The notes: a model not told the origin generated them from the letters alone. Shown: positions 16,905 to 25,162, numbered from the stretch's first letter. The stretch is 32,000 nucleotides of DNA from Microcystis aeruginosa NIES-843 (GCF_000010625.1 NC_010296.1:2040001-2072000); one strand, 5' to 3'. Program-made: numbers and translations.

Positions 16905-18681
16905 GGGTTTTTTCCTCGGTAGTTTGTGAATGGGCTAATTGAAAAGGCACGATCGAAAAATGTTGATTTTCTCGATATAATTTCAGCAATTCTTGGGCAA
17001 CATTTTCTACATACACCTCAGATAGAGTGTAAGGCAGCGGCCGGAGAGTTCGCAGTAATCGGTGTAAACTCAACACCAACCATTCCCCCCGGGCAAAAAA
17101 TTCACCCAAGATGGAACGATTATAAAGCCAAGTGTGTAAACAAGCGGAAGCGGCGTGTAAAGTACAGTATTTCTTGGCAATCTCGAACAATTCGGGTGAT
17201 TGGTCGTGACCATACTCGAATTTCGATTGACTAATCTGTTCATCGTGAGCATTTAGTTCCTCTAAAACTAAATTACCCAACATCAACAGATTTTCTAATA
17301 CTTCCGGGTCCACCTCCTGAGAATCTTTCAATCCTTCCAGCATATCAAGGGCAATCTCTAAACCCTGTAGGGAATCATCCATTCCCCGGCCAAATAATTC
17401 TAAATTATTGGGTTCAAAGGGAGGAACTGACTTTTCTAGGCTAAAAATCGCCTCTAAACGGGTTTTTAACGCCGACATGGTGCGCGAGTTGCGTTTAGCC
17501 CGATATTTAGTTAAAGGACGCAATTGTAGGATTAAAGCATGAAGATTGACGATCGAACTGCCGTCAAACATACTGATAATCGAATTATCCCGCAGTAGCT
17601 TCTGGAAGATGCCGAATTCGTGTTCTTCTCGCATATAAAAACGCGATCCCAAGACCACATAAACACTATTAACCATCTCCTCCAGACGGACGGTGACAAA
17701 ATATTTTACCACCGAAGCCCAGACGCTAAACTGTTCGGGGATAATATGAAAACCTCTCGCGGCCGGAATCGTCTCGCAATCACAAATAAGGATGTCAAGG
17801 AAAGCATCCACGAGAGTGCGCCGGGGTTGGGGCAAATCCATCACAGTTTTGTTATAAATTACCCGATTAACGGCAAAACCGAGGGTAGTTCTTAAAGCGG
17901 TATCGGCTGCCCCGTGGGAAAAAGCGGCGCACAACATTCGGGTAATCTGGAAACCTTTCAGGGCTAATTCTAAACCGTCTCCCTCCTCCCGTAAACGCAT
18001 GGAATCGGGGACGAAACAATCCTTAAAACCAATGCCACTCATATCCGAGGCGCGCACGCCATGGGTGTATATTTTCGGCAAATTATAGTATTTTTCGGGG
18101 TCTAATTGCCGTTTATCTACCATAAATAGGGTTAAACACTTTGGCCCGCCGTTAGCATCGGTTTTCGCCAAAATAAAGGAAACTCCAGAGATAGTCGCCC
18201 GGTTAATCGGCCATTTCTCACCATTGAGAATATAACCTCCTTCCACCTTCGTCGCGGTCAGATCACCATTGATCAGATCGCTGCCGTGTTCCTTTTCCGA
18301 GTAACCCAGACACATCGCCCCATAGTCATCCATGATAAAACGGGCGAGCTTCTGTTTCTGTTCCGGGGTTCCCGCCATCCAGTTTAAAAACGACCAGAAT
18401 AGGGTAGTAAAAGCGATGCCGATAGTTTGATCCCGTCGGGAAAGTACCCGCACAAAAGCGACAAATTCCTCAAAAGAGGTGAACTCACCGCCGCAATCCG
18501 TGGGAATGTAGTAGTGTTGGAGTTTCCAGTCGTATAACCAGCGAATTTCCTCGTGGGGAAATTCTTCGCTCTCGTCAATTTCGATCACCCGCTTGTAGGA
18601 TAGAGGGTTATCGGGATTGAGAGGATCGCCTAAGTCTTTTTCCAGTGCTTCAGCAGTCCAGTATTGCTTAAGCTTTTTCAT
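16882..18681 (-). CDS. Acyl-CoA dehydrogenase-family flavoprotein, long form with an extra C-terminal helical domain (VLCAD-like architecture)
   Basis: 599 aa. Motifs are GYSEKEHGSDL, YILNGEKWPINRA and LGSRFYMREEHEFGIFQKLLRDNSIISMFDGSS. About 180 further residues follow the core fold. Confidence 0.8.
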   Translation of the reverse strand: MKKLKQYWTAEALEKDLGDPLNPDNPLSYKRVIEIDESEEFPHEEIRWLYDWKLQHYYIPTDCGGEFTSFEEFVAFVRVLSRRDQTIGIAFTTLFWSFLNWMAGTPEQKQKLARFIMDDYGAMCLGYSEKEHGSDLINGDLTATKVEGGYILNGEKWPINRATISGVSFILAKTDANGGPKCLTLFMVDKRQLDPEKYYNLPKIYTHGVRASDMSGIGFKDCFVPDSMRLREEGDGLELALKGFQITRMLCAAFSHGAADTALRTTLGFAVNRVIYNKTVMDLPQPRRTLVDAFLDILICDCETIPAARGFHIIPEQFSVWASVVKYFVTVRLEEMVNSVYVVLGSRFYMREEHEFGIFQKLLRDNSIISMFDGSSIVNLHALILQLRPLTKYRAKRNSRTMSALKTRLEAIFSLEKSVPPFEPNNLELFGRGMDDSLQGLEIALDMLEGLKDSQEVDPEVLENLLMLGNLVLEELNAHDEQISQSKFEYGHDQSPELFEIAKKYCTLHAASACLHTWLYNRSILGEFFARGEWLVLSLHRLLRTLRPLPYTLSEVYVENVAQELLKLYRENQHFSIVPFQLAHSQTTEEKTHELQLQS

Positions 18682-18817
18682 AGTGCCTCTAGGACAGATA
18701 CAATGTGTTTTTCGTCAATGCCTTCGGTTAGAAGACCCGACCATGCACAAAAATTAATGACCATTCTAGACGTTTGGCTGTAAGATGGCAACAATTACGC
18801 AATGTGCAACTAAAAAC

Positions 18818-18909
18818 GACAGAATCAGGGTTCCAGAGGATACTTTATCTCTGCCGATTTCTGAAAGCCTTGGCAATCAAGACTAAAAATACAGTTGCAC
18901 AGGGTGTAA
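18818..18909 (+). repeat. Dispersed 92-bp repeat, copy A
   Basis: About 88% identical by eye to the reverse complement of 23471-23562. The sequence runs GACAGAATCAGGGTTCC...GTTGCACAGGGTGTAA. Confidence 0.8.
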
Positions 18910-18918
18910 ATTATGTAA

Positions 18919-19198
18919 CCCACATTCCGCACCCTAAAGTGTCACATTGAAAATTTTATCTAAATCGTCAAAACGATTGCCGGCTCTGAATTACAGGCTA
19001 ATTTGTTTGCCCAGCAGATGCACAATTAGCCCTAAAAATCTGATAGCTCTGATACCAAATTATTGAGATCAACTCTCATTAAGCTGGCGATCGCTGACTA
19101 GAGTGTGACACTTCATAATTCTTAGTAATCGCTAAAAGTCTTACTATACAAGGGCTAGAGCAACTTTTGATTTCAACGACTAGGGTGCGGAATGTGGG
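18919..19198. repeat. Nested long-range inverted repeat (MITE-like or leader structure) ending 12 nt before the RTX-gene ribosome-binding site
   Basis: CCCACATTCCGCACCCTA (18919-18936) pairs with TAGGGTGCGGAATGTGGG (19181-19198). AAGTGTCACA (18937-18946) pairs with TGTGACACTT (19104-19113). Confidence 0.7.
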
Positions 19199-19225
19199 AT
19201 GTAATTGTGAAGGAGGGTTAAATTT

Positions 19226-20653
19226 ATGGCCATAATTACAGGAACTAATGGCAACGACATACTGTTTGGTACCTTTGACAACGACACCATCAATGGTGGC
19301 CTGGGTGCCGACACTATGGATGGTGGTGATGGCAACGACACCTACTTCGTGGACAATGTGGGCGATATCGTCAAGGAGGTCTTCGATGATGCCCCGGGTG
19401 GGACGGCTGATACGGTATTGGCCTCAGTCAGTTATTCTCTAGCACCGGGGACATTTGGTAACCAAGGATATGGGATTGAGAACTTGACCCTGACGGGGTT
19501 TGGCAATATCAACGCTACTGGCAATAGCAAAAACAACATCCTCACGGGCAACATCCGCAACAATGTCCTCAATGGTGGCCTTGGCAACGATACCATCAAT
19601 GGTGGCCTTGGCAACGACACCCTCGATGGTGGTGTTGGTGTTGACTCGATGGATGGTGGTGATGGCAACGACACCTACTTCGTGGACAATGTGGGCGATA
19701 TCGTCAAGGAGGTCTTCGATGATGCCCCGGGTGGGACGGCTGATACGGTATTGGCCTCAGTCAGTTATTCTCTAGCACCGGGGACATTTGGTAACCAAGG
19801 ATATGGGATTGAGAACTTGACCCTGACGGGGTTTGGCAATATCAACGCTACTGGCAATAGCAAAAACAACATCCTCACGGGCAACGCCTCGGCCAACACG
19901 TTCTTCGGCACCGCTGGCAACGACACGATTAATGGTGGTGCCGGCTTCGATACGGCCAACTACAGCGCTCTGAGCAATGTCGTCACTTTGGGTGCCTTCG
20001 GGGTGTTGAACAAGGGAGCGCTGGGTACCGACACCTTGATTGCCGTGGAATCCATTGTGGGCAGCAGCCTGCTGGGCGACACGGTGGATCACAGCGGCGC
20101 CAGCGTGGCTCTCGCCACGGGAAGGGTGACCAACCTCGCCACCGGCGTGGTGACGGTGAACGGCACGGCTGCGCCGCTGCCCTTGACCTTCCAGGTGAGC
20201 CAGTTTGAAAACGTCATCGGCAGCAGCTTTGCCGACACGATCACGGGCAACAGCGACAACAATATCCTCAATGGCGGTGCTGGCAACGACAGCATCAATG
20301 GCGGTGCTGGCAACGACAGCATCAATGGCGGTGCTGGCAACGACAGCATCAATGGCGGTGCTGGCAATGACACCCTGATTGGCGGCGCTGGCAATGACAC
20401 CCTGACTGGTGATGCTGGTGCCGATAAGTTCCGCTTCAATTTCCTCTCCGAGAAAGTTGATACTATCCAAGACTTTTCCCGGCCAGAAGGAGACAAAATT
20501 GAAGTTAGCAAATCGGGTTTTGGAGCCACTTCTCTGAGTCAGATCAGTTACAACGCAGGGACTGGATCACTTTCATTTTTGGGGACCGAGTTTGCCAAGA
20601 TAGCAAACCTTCCAGCTGGTTTTGCGGTTTCTCTTGACGTAGTTCTTATTTAG
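19226..20653 (+). CDS. RTX-type (hemolysin-type) calcium-binding repeat protein
   Basis: 475 aa. It has many GGxGxD nonapeptides (GGLGADTMDGGDGNDT; GGAGNDSIN x3). The C-terminal DKIEV...F region is typical of T1SS substrates in cyanobacteria. GAAGGAGGG sits 9 nt upstream of the ATG. Confidence 0.85.
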   Translation: MAIITGTNGNDILFGTFDNDTINGGLGADTMDGGDGNDTYFVDNVGDIVKEVFDDAPGGTADTVLASVSYSLAPGTFGNQGYGIENLTLTGFGNINATGNSKNNILTGNIRNNVLNGGLGNDTINGGLGNDTLDGGVGVDSMDGGDGNDTYFVDNVGDIVKEVFDDAPGGTADTVLASVSYSLAPGTFGNQGYGIENLTLTGFGNINATGNSKNNILTGNASANTFFGTAGNDTINGGAGFDTANYSALSNVVTLGAFGVLNKGALGTDTLIAVESIVGSSLLGDTVDHSGASVALATGRVTNLATGVVTVNGTAAPLPLTFQVSQFENVIGSSFADTITGNSDNNILNGGAGNDSINGGAGNDSINGGAGNDSINGGAGNDTLIGGAGNDTLTGDAGADKFRFNFLSEKVDTIQDFSRPEGDKIEVSKSGFGATSLSQISYNAGTGSLSFLGTEFAKIANLPAGFAVSLDVVLI

Positions 20654-20678
20654 TGAACCTAGAAACGCTATATATCAA

Positions 20679-20730
20679 AATTGAGTCATGGATGGAGCCG
20701 AAACTTCCTCGCATGACTCAATTTCTTTTT
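20679..20730 (+). terminator. Rho-independent terminator candidate after the RTX gene
   Basis: A 12-bp stem, AATTGAGTCATG (20679-20690) with CATGACTCAATT (20712-20723), a 21-nt loop, then TTCTTTTT. Confidence 0.6.
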
Positions 20731-20838
20731 CAACCAGATTTTGGAATACCAGCTATTAGTTGTTGAGCAACTGAAGTAAGGTGGGTATTGCCCACCCTAT
20801 TGTTGTATGGATGTAAGTTGGATTGCAAGCTCCAGTTT

Positions 20839-21264
20839 TTAACCAGGGAACCAATCTTCATCAAGAATTTTCTCAATTGTCCAAGGACAGTCAACTGGTA
20901 AAGTTAATCCACTTTTGCGGCTCGCTTTTCCCAGAGCTTTTTGATAACAATAACCAAACCGTTCTAAGGCATGATTGTAGATTACCTTAGAGCGAAACAG
21001 CAAGCTCAATTCCAATCTGAAATTATCTATCTCGTCTGTCCAGTGGGGTAGGTAGTAAGGATGCTTCCAGTAGGCGTAAAGTAGCAGGTGACTGAGGAGT
21101 TGAATAAGAAAGCTTTCTGCTTTGTATTTGCGTTCATCAACCATTTCCTCTAATTCCTCGGCTAAAGTTTGCCAATCTAAAGTATTGCGATCAGGCGATC
21201 GCAGTTTTTCTGCCTGGTCTTGCAGCCAAGCTACATAGTCTTTCTCATATAGGGTTTCAGCCAT
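20839..21264 (-). CDS. DUF29 family protein
   Basis: 141 aa. The N-terminus is TLYEKDYVAWLQDQAEKLR...LDWQTLAEELEEM....LLSHLLLYAYW, the hallmark of DUF29. Confidence 0.8.
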   Translation of the reverse strand: MAETLYEKDYVAWLQDQAEKLRSPDRNTLDWQTLAEELEEMVDERKYKAESFLIQLLSHLLLYAYWKHPYYLPHWTDEIDNFRLELSLLFRSKVIYNHALERFGYCYQKALGKASRKSGLTLPVDCPWTIEKILDEDWFPG

Positions 21265-21653
21265 TAATTTTACCTCTATACTAATCTTTTTTTATCCTAT
21301 CAAAATATAGATCTCATTGTATAGCTCAAGCACCAAGAAAATGCTGGTTATTGAAATATTACATTCCATCATTCAGTCAATAGACCTCTCTTAAAACTGG
21401 CCATTTTTTAAAATTACAGGGTGAGCCTGATTGGTCAGAAAAAATTTACCGATACTTTTATGGGGAAACCTTTTTTGAATAATGAATGAAGTTTTTTTAG
21501 ATACATATTTTGCGATCACCTTGTCTTCTGTCACCGATCAAAATCATCTACAGGCTGTTAAACTTGCCAATCAAATTGAGACTAATAGAACCCATTTAGT
21601 CCCAAGGTGATCTTGTTAGAAATAGGTAATGCGCTTTCTAAGCAAAAATTCAG

Positions 21654-21923
21654 GGCTCTTCTCGACTTGGTGTGATAATCAGTGCTTATCATTCGTAGGA
21701 GTCTTGCTAGGCAAGGCTTTGAAGACTATATTTCTGGAAAATTATCGGCTCTTCTCGACTTTGTGTGATAATTTTTGCTTATGGAATCGTGAAATGCTTA
21801 CTGGGCAAGACTTTTAGGACTATTTTGCGGATATTCTATCAGTATAGACCTCGTTTCCACACAGAAACCAGAAGAGCCAATTATCCCTATTCTTCTTACT
21901 CCCACACAGAAACGAGAAGAGCC
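21654..21923. mobile_element. Outer MITE (131 bp of its own sequence) with 7-bp target-site duplication AATTCAG
   Basis: The terminal inverted repeats are GGCTCTTCTCG...CGAGAAGAGCC. AATTCAG is present at 21647-21653 and 21924-21930. Removing the element restores the PIN reading frame ...KQKFR|AAAIE.... Confidence 0.85.
21747..21878. mobile_element. Inner MITE (132 bp) of the same family, nested in the outer copy, with target-site duplication AATTATC
   Basis: The terminal inverted repeats are GGCTCTTCTCGACTTTGTGTG...CACACAGAAACCAGAAGAGCC. AATTATC is present at 21740-21746 and 21879-21885. The interior aligns with the outer copy. Confidence 0.85.
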
Positions 21924-22258
21924 AATTCAGGGCAGCGGCAATCGAGCTTTTAGAAGCTCTCGAAACTGATCCAAGCATCGAAGTTGTTTTATTAACCAAT
22001 AGCCTTGACAAATTAGCATTCGATTTGTTTAAGAATGGGGTTTAGTGGACTGTATATCATTGGTTGTAATGCAGGATCGAGGAATCTCTGACGCACTGAC
22101 TGCCGATACTCATTTTCAACACAGTGCGGTATTAGGTTTTATTGAGGGGGTGTGAGACCGATGGGGGTGGGATATTAGGACAGAGGGGGTGGCTCGACCG
22201 CAGAGAGCGCTATAATTAATATTTAGATGCCTCCATGGCTAACTTGAAGTGAGAGTAT

Positions 22259-23131
22259 ATGTTTAAAGAAACTACTTATTTGCATAAGTTCAGTTATTTT
22301 CTTGGATTGGTTCGAGAGATTGGCGGCTGGGATTTCCTATACCGCTATGTAGTACGAGCATTTTATAAAATAACCAAGCTCAACCAGAAAATGGTTCTAT
22401 TTAATAATGTAGAAATGATGCTGCCGTACGATAGTCGATTCGGAACGGAAATTTTCCTCAAGGGAAGCAAGTTGGATTGGGGATCTGAAATTATCCTTCA
22501 TCGGTTCTTAGATATTAATAAAGACTTTATTGATGTTGGAGCTAATATTGGTTATTACAGTTTACTGGCTGCTCCTTTATCCAATCAGGTTTATGCCTTT
22601 GAACCCGATCCGAGAATGGTTGAACACTTAAAGAGAAATCTTTCCCAGTTTCAAAATTGTCATGTTCTAGAAGAAGCACTTTTTTCCGAGCCTGGCACCA
22701 TGGATCTTAATTTAAACTCAATGCCTGAACTAAATTCGCTGGTCAGGCATAGTCCCCAAGAGAACAAGGTGACAGTCAAGGTAAATACTTTAGACAAATT
22801 GATGTCTGATTATCCGTTACTAAGTGTTTCCTGTATCAAAACAGATGCTGAAGGAGCAGACTTCGATATACTAATGGGTGGCAAAAATCTTCTAATTCGA
22901 GATCAACCTTTGGTCTTGTCGGAAATTTATCCAACAAAGAAGCTCCTTGAATTTATTAAATCTATTGAATTTACCTGTTTTGCTTTCGTCAAACCTAAGG
23001 ATGAGGATGGAGCTAATTTACAACCAAAATTCATCAAGATTGAAACAAAACCGACCAACTCTCATATTAAAATGATTTTCTTAGTTCCTAATCGGCTCTT
23101 GTCAAGGTTTGAAGAGCTAAAAGATGTCTAA
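22259..23131 (+). CDS. FkbM-family SAM-dependent methyltransferase
   Basis: 290 aa. Motifs are FIDVGANIGYYSLLAA, VYAFEPDPRMVEHLKRN and CIKTDAEGADFDIL. Confidence 0.85.
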   Translation: MFKETTYLHKFSYFLGLVREIGGWDFLYRYVVRAFYKITKLNQKMVLFNNVEMMLPYDSRFGTEIFLKGSKLDWGSEIILHRFLDINKDFIDVGANIGYYSLLAAPLSNQVYAFEPDPRMVEHLKRNLSQFQNCHVLEEALFSEPGTMDLNLNSMPELNSLVRHSPQENKVTVKVNTLDKLMSDYPLLSVSCIKTDAEGADFDILMGGKNLLIRDQPLVLSEIYPTKKLLEFIKSIEFTCFAFVKPKDEDGANLQPKFIKIETKPTNSHIKMIFLVPNRLLSRFEELKDV

Positions 23132-23470
23132 CACTGCTTATTCCTAGTAGTGCGATGCCGAAGGCACTGCATAGCAGTACGCCATCGCTGTAGAGTGCGT
23201 TCCCTGATGTGGCTCCTACTGCCACACCGATAGATTTTTGGGAACGCACCATGCTCATTCATTCGAGCAAGTGATTACAAGCTATACTTTAGAAGGTCAT
23301 AATCTGAGATTTATTAAACTTCTGAAATGGTAGAGTGAGCAAGGAATCAAGTTCTTTTTTATGTTTCCGATGGGAATCATTCAGACAGAGAATCCCAACG
23401 ATGGCACTGTTGAAGATATCGAACTAGGAATCCCGCTCGGACAAGCTGAAAAAGTTTACCGTAAAGCGAC

Positions 23471-23562
23471 GTTACCCGTGTGCAACTATATCTTTAGTCT
23501 TGATTTACAAGGCTCTCAGAAATCAGCCGAGATAAAGTATCCTCGGGAACCCTGATTCTGTC
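23471..23562 (-). repeat. Dispersed 92-bp repeat, copy B
   Basis: This is the reverse complement of copy A (18818-18909), with about 10 mismatches. Confidence 0.8.
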
Positions 23563-23622
23563 CCTATTTAACCCCAGTTCGGGTTACTATAGCTAATTTT
23601 TGGCTGTTAGCAATTATAGCTC

Positions 23623-25128
23623 TCAAAAGGGGGTGGGAATGATGAGATCAAGTTTATTTTCGGTCTGAGGATGACGAAAAGATAATTGTTTAGCGTGTAG
23701 GTGTAAACGGTCGGACTGCTTACCATTGTACAAGCGATCGCCTAAAATTCCTATCCCTAATCCCTGTTGACTATGAACACGAATTTGATGGGTTCTTCCC
23801 GTGTAGGGAATAAATTCTAGCCGAGAATAATTGCCTTCTTTACCGACAACTTTAAAATAGGTTTGACTAGCTTTCCCCCTTTGCCAGTCCACAGTTTGAT
23901 AGGGTCGATTTTGCGGATTTCCCCAGAGAGGTAGGTCAATTATGCCTGATTCTCGCTCAATAATTTCTGATAATATAGCTTCGTAGATTTTCTCCACTTC
24001 TCGCCGTTGAAATTGTTGGGATAAACAACGATAAATATCTAAACTTTTAGCTAGTAATAATATACCAGAAGTTTCTCGGTCTAAACGATGAACGGGAATG
24101 AGATTTTTTCCCTGACGACGAAAACGATTGACCACAGCATCTTGACTATCTTGATAACGTCCTGCTACCGATAATAATCCCGCGGGTTTATTAATAGCAA
24201 TTATTCCCTCGTCTTCGTAGATAATTTCTAGAGATAAACGTAAACCAGAGAGTAAAAAACCCATGAGAGGTTGACATCTTTCTTGACAAGCGCCATAAAA
24301 TTCTCCCTGTTTTCTATCTCGATTCGATTCTCCCCACCAAAATTCGGCCATGGCGACAGGTTTTAATCCTTTCATGGCGGCATAATTTAATAATTTCGGG
24401 GCGCAACATTCCCCTGTTCCCGTCGGTAACAAATTACTGCCCATCAATTTAGCCAAGGAGAGAGATTGTCCAGAAAAGTTGTTTAAACAGTAGGATTGAT
24501 ACAGCAATTCCTGTAACTGTTTGGAGAGGTTCCTACGCTGTTGCTTAAGTTCAATAATTCTCTGATTGGCGAAGTTTATTTTCTCAATTAAGGGTTTTAA
24601 AACTTGTTTTTGTTCCTGTTTTAATTGCTTTCTTTCTCTTTTTTCCTGACGACTGATATTATTTAATTTTTCTAATTCTTCTGGGTTTAAATCTCCTAAA
24701 TTTCTTAACCTATCTCGTTCCTGTTTATGGTTTTGATGTTGTTGCTGTAAAGCTTGTATTTTACGCTCAAAATTTGCTTGATTGAGTCGATATAAATTAT
24801 GTTCGGGAATTGATTGTAGGTCAATAATTTCCTGTTTAATTGTTTCTAAAAGTTGTAAAACTCGCTCTTCCTCCCGAATAATTTTTTCTCTCCCCACTAG
24901 GGACGGAACCCAGCCAGCAGCTTCTCCCTGTCCAGAAAAAGCTTTTAAAATTTCTATTTCGCCAGCAGCATTTTCTCCTAACAAAATTCCATACATTTTA
25001 CCTTCAGGATTGGTGATAGTTGTCATCAAATCTTGGGCAATTTTTTCAGCCAAAAGAGTGCGGGGCAAGCGCAATAACTCGCCCGTTTCGCGACAAATTC
25101 CTTGATAATAATAAGTAACTTCCTTCAC
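23623..25128 (-). CDS. RluA-family pseudouridine synthase with a ~300-aa N-terminal extension (Cys-containing domain split by a ~125-aa coiled coil)
   Basis: The C-terminal 200 aa carry AINKPAGLLS, the catalytic-Asp motif PVHRLDRETSGILLLAKS, and GRTHQIRVH. Residues ~85-212 are Q/K/E/R-rich heptad-like sequence. Confidence 0.85.
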   Translation of the reverse strand: MKEVTYYYQGICRETGELLRLPRTLLAEKIAQDLMTTITNPEGKMYGILLGENAAGEIEILKAFSGQGEAAGWVPSLVGREKIIREEERVLQLLETIKQEIIDLQSIPEHNLYRLNQANFERKIQALQQQHQNHKQERDRLRNLGDLNPEELEKLNNISRQEKRERKQLKQEQKQVLKPLIEKINFANQRIIELKQQRRNLSKQLQELLYQSYCLNNFSGQSLSLAKLMGSNLLPTGTGECCAPKLLNYAAMKGLKPVAMAEFWWGESNRDRKQGEFYGACQERCQPLMGFLLSGLRLSLEIIYEDEGIIAINKPAGLLSVAGRYQDSQDAVVNRFRRQGKNLIPVHRLDRETSGILLLAKSLDIYRCLSQQFQRREVEKIYEAILSEIIERESGIIDLPLWGNPQNRPYQTVDWQRGKASQTYFKVVGKEGNYSRLEFIPYTGRTHQIRVHSQQGLGIGILGDRLYNGKQSDRLHLHAKQLSFRHPQTENKLDLIIPTPF

Positions 25129-25162
25129 TATTTAAGAACAGGAAAAGGGGCCAGAGATACCC

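Larger units (their letters stand above)
21482..22155 (+). pseudogene. PIN-domain (VapC-like) toxin pseudogene: at least 2 frameshifts plus a MITE insertion
   Basis: Three fragments sit in three frames. They read MNEVFLDTYFAITLSSVTDQNHLQAVKLANQIE..., then VILLEIGNALSKQKFR, then after the insertion AAAIELLEALETDPSIEVVLLTN..., and finally LVDCISLVVMQDRGISDALTADTHFQHSAV. Confidence 0.65.

Noticed and set aside
19248-20529. Several long ORFs on both strands inside the RTX gene (for example 19772-20470 minus, 20089-20529 minus, 19500-19775 plus).
   Set aside because: They are frame shadows of a GC-rich, Gly/Asp/Asn-repeat coding sequence. Their translations are low-complexity (PAPPL, MVVMATTP). 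Only the 19226-20653 frame gives canonical GGxGxD repeats.
23361-23555. A 64-aa ORF between the FkbM and rluA-like genes.
   Set aside because: Its C-terminal third is encoded by the 92-bp dispersed repeat, whose other copy has stops in the same frame. It has no recognisable domain.
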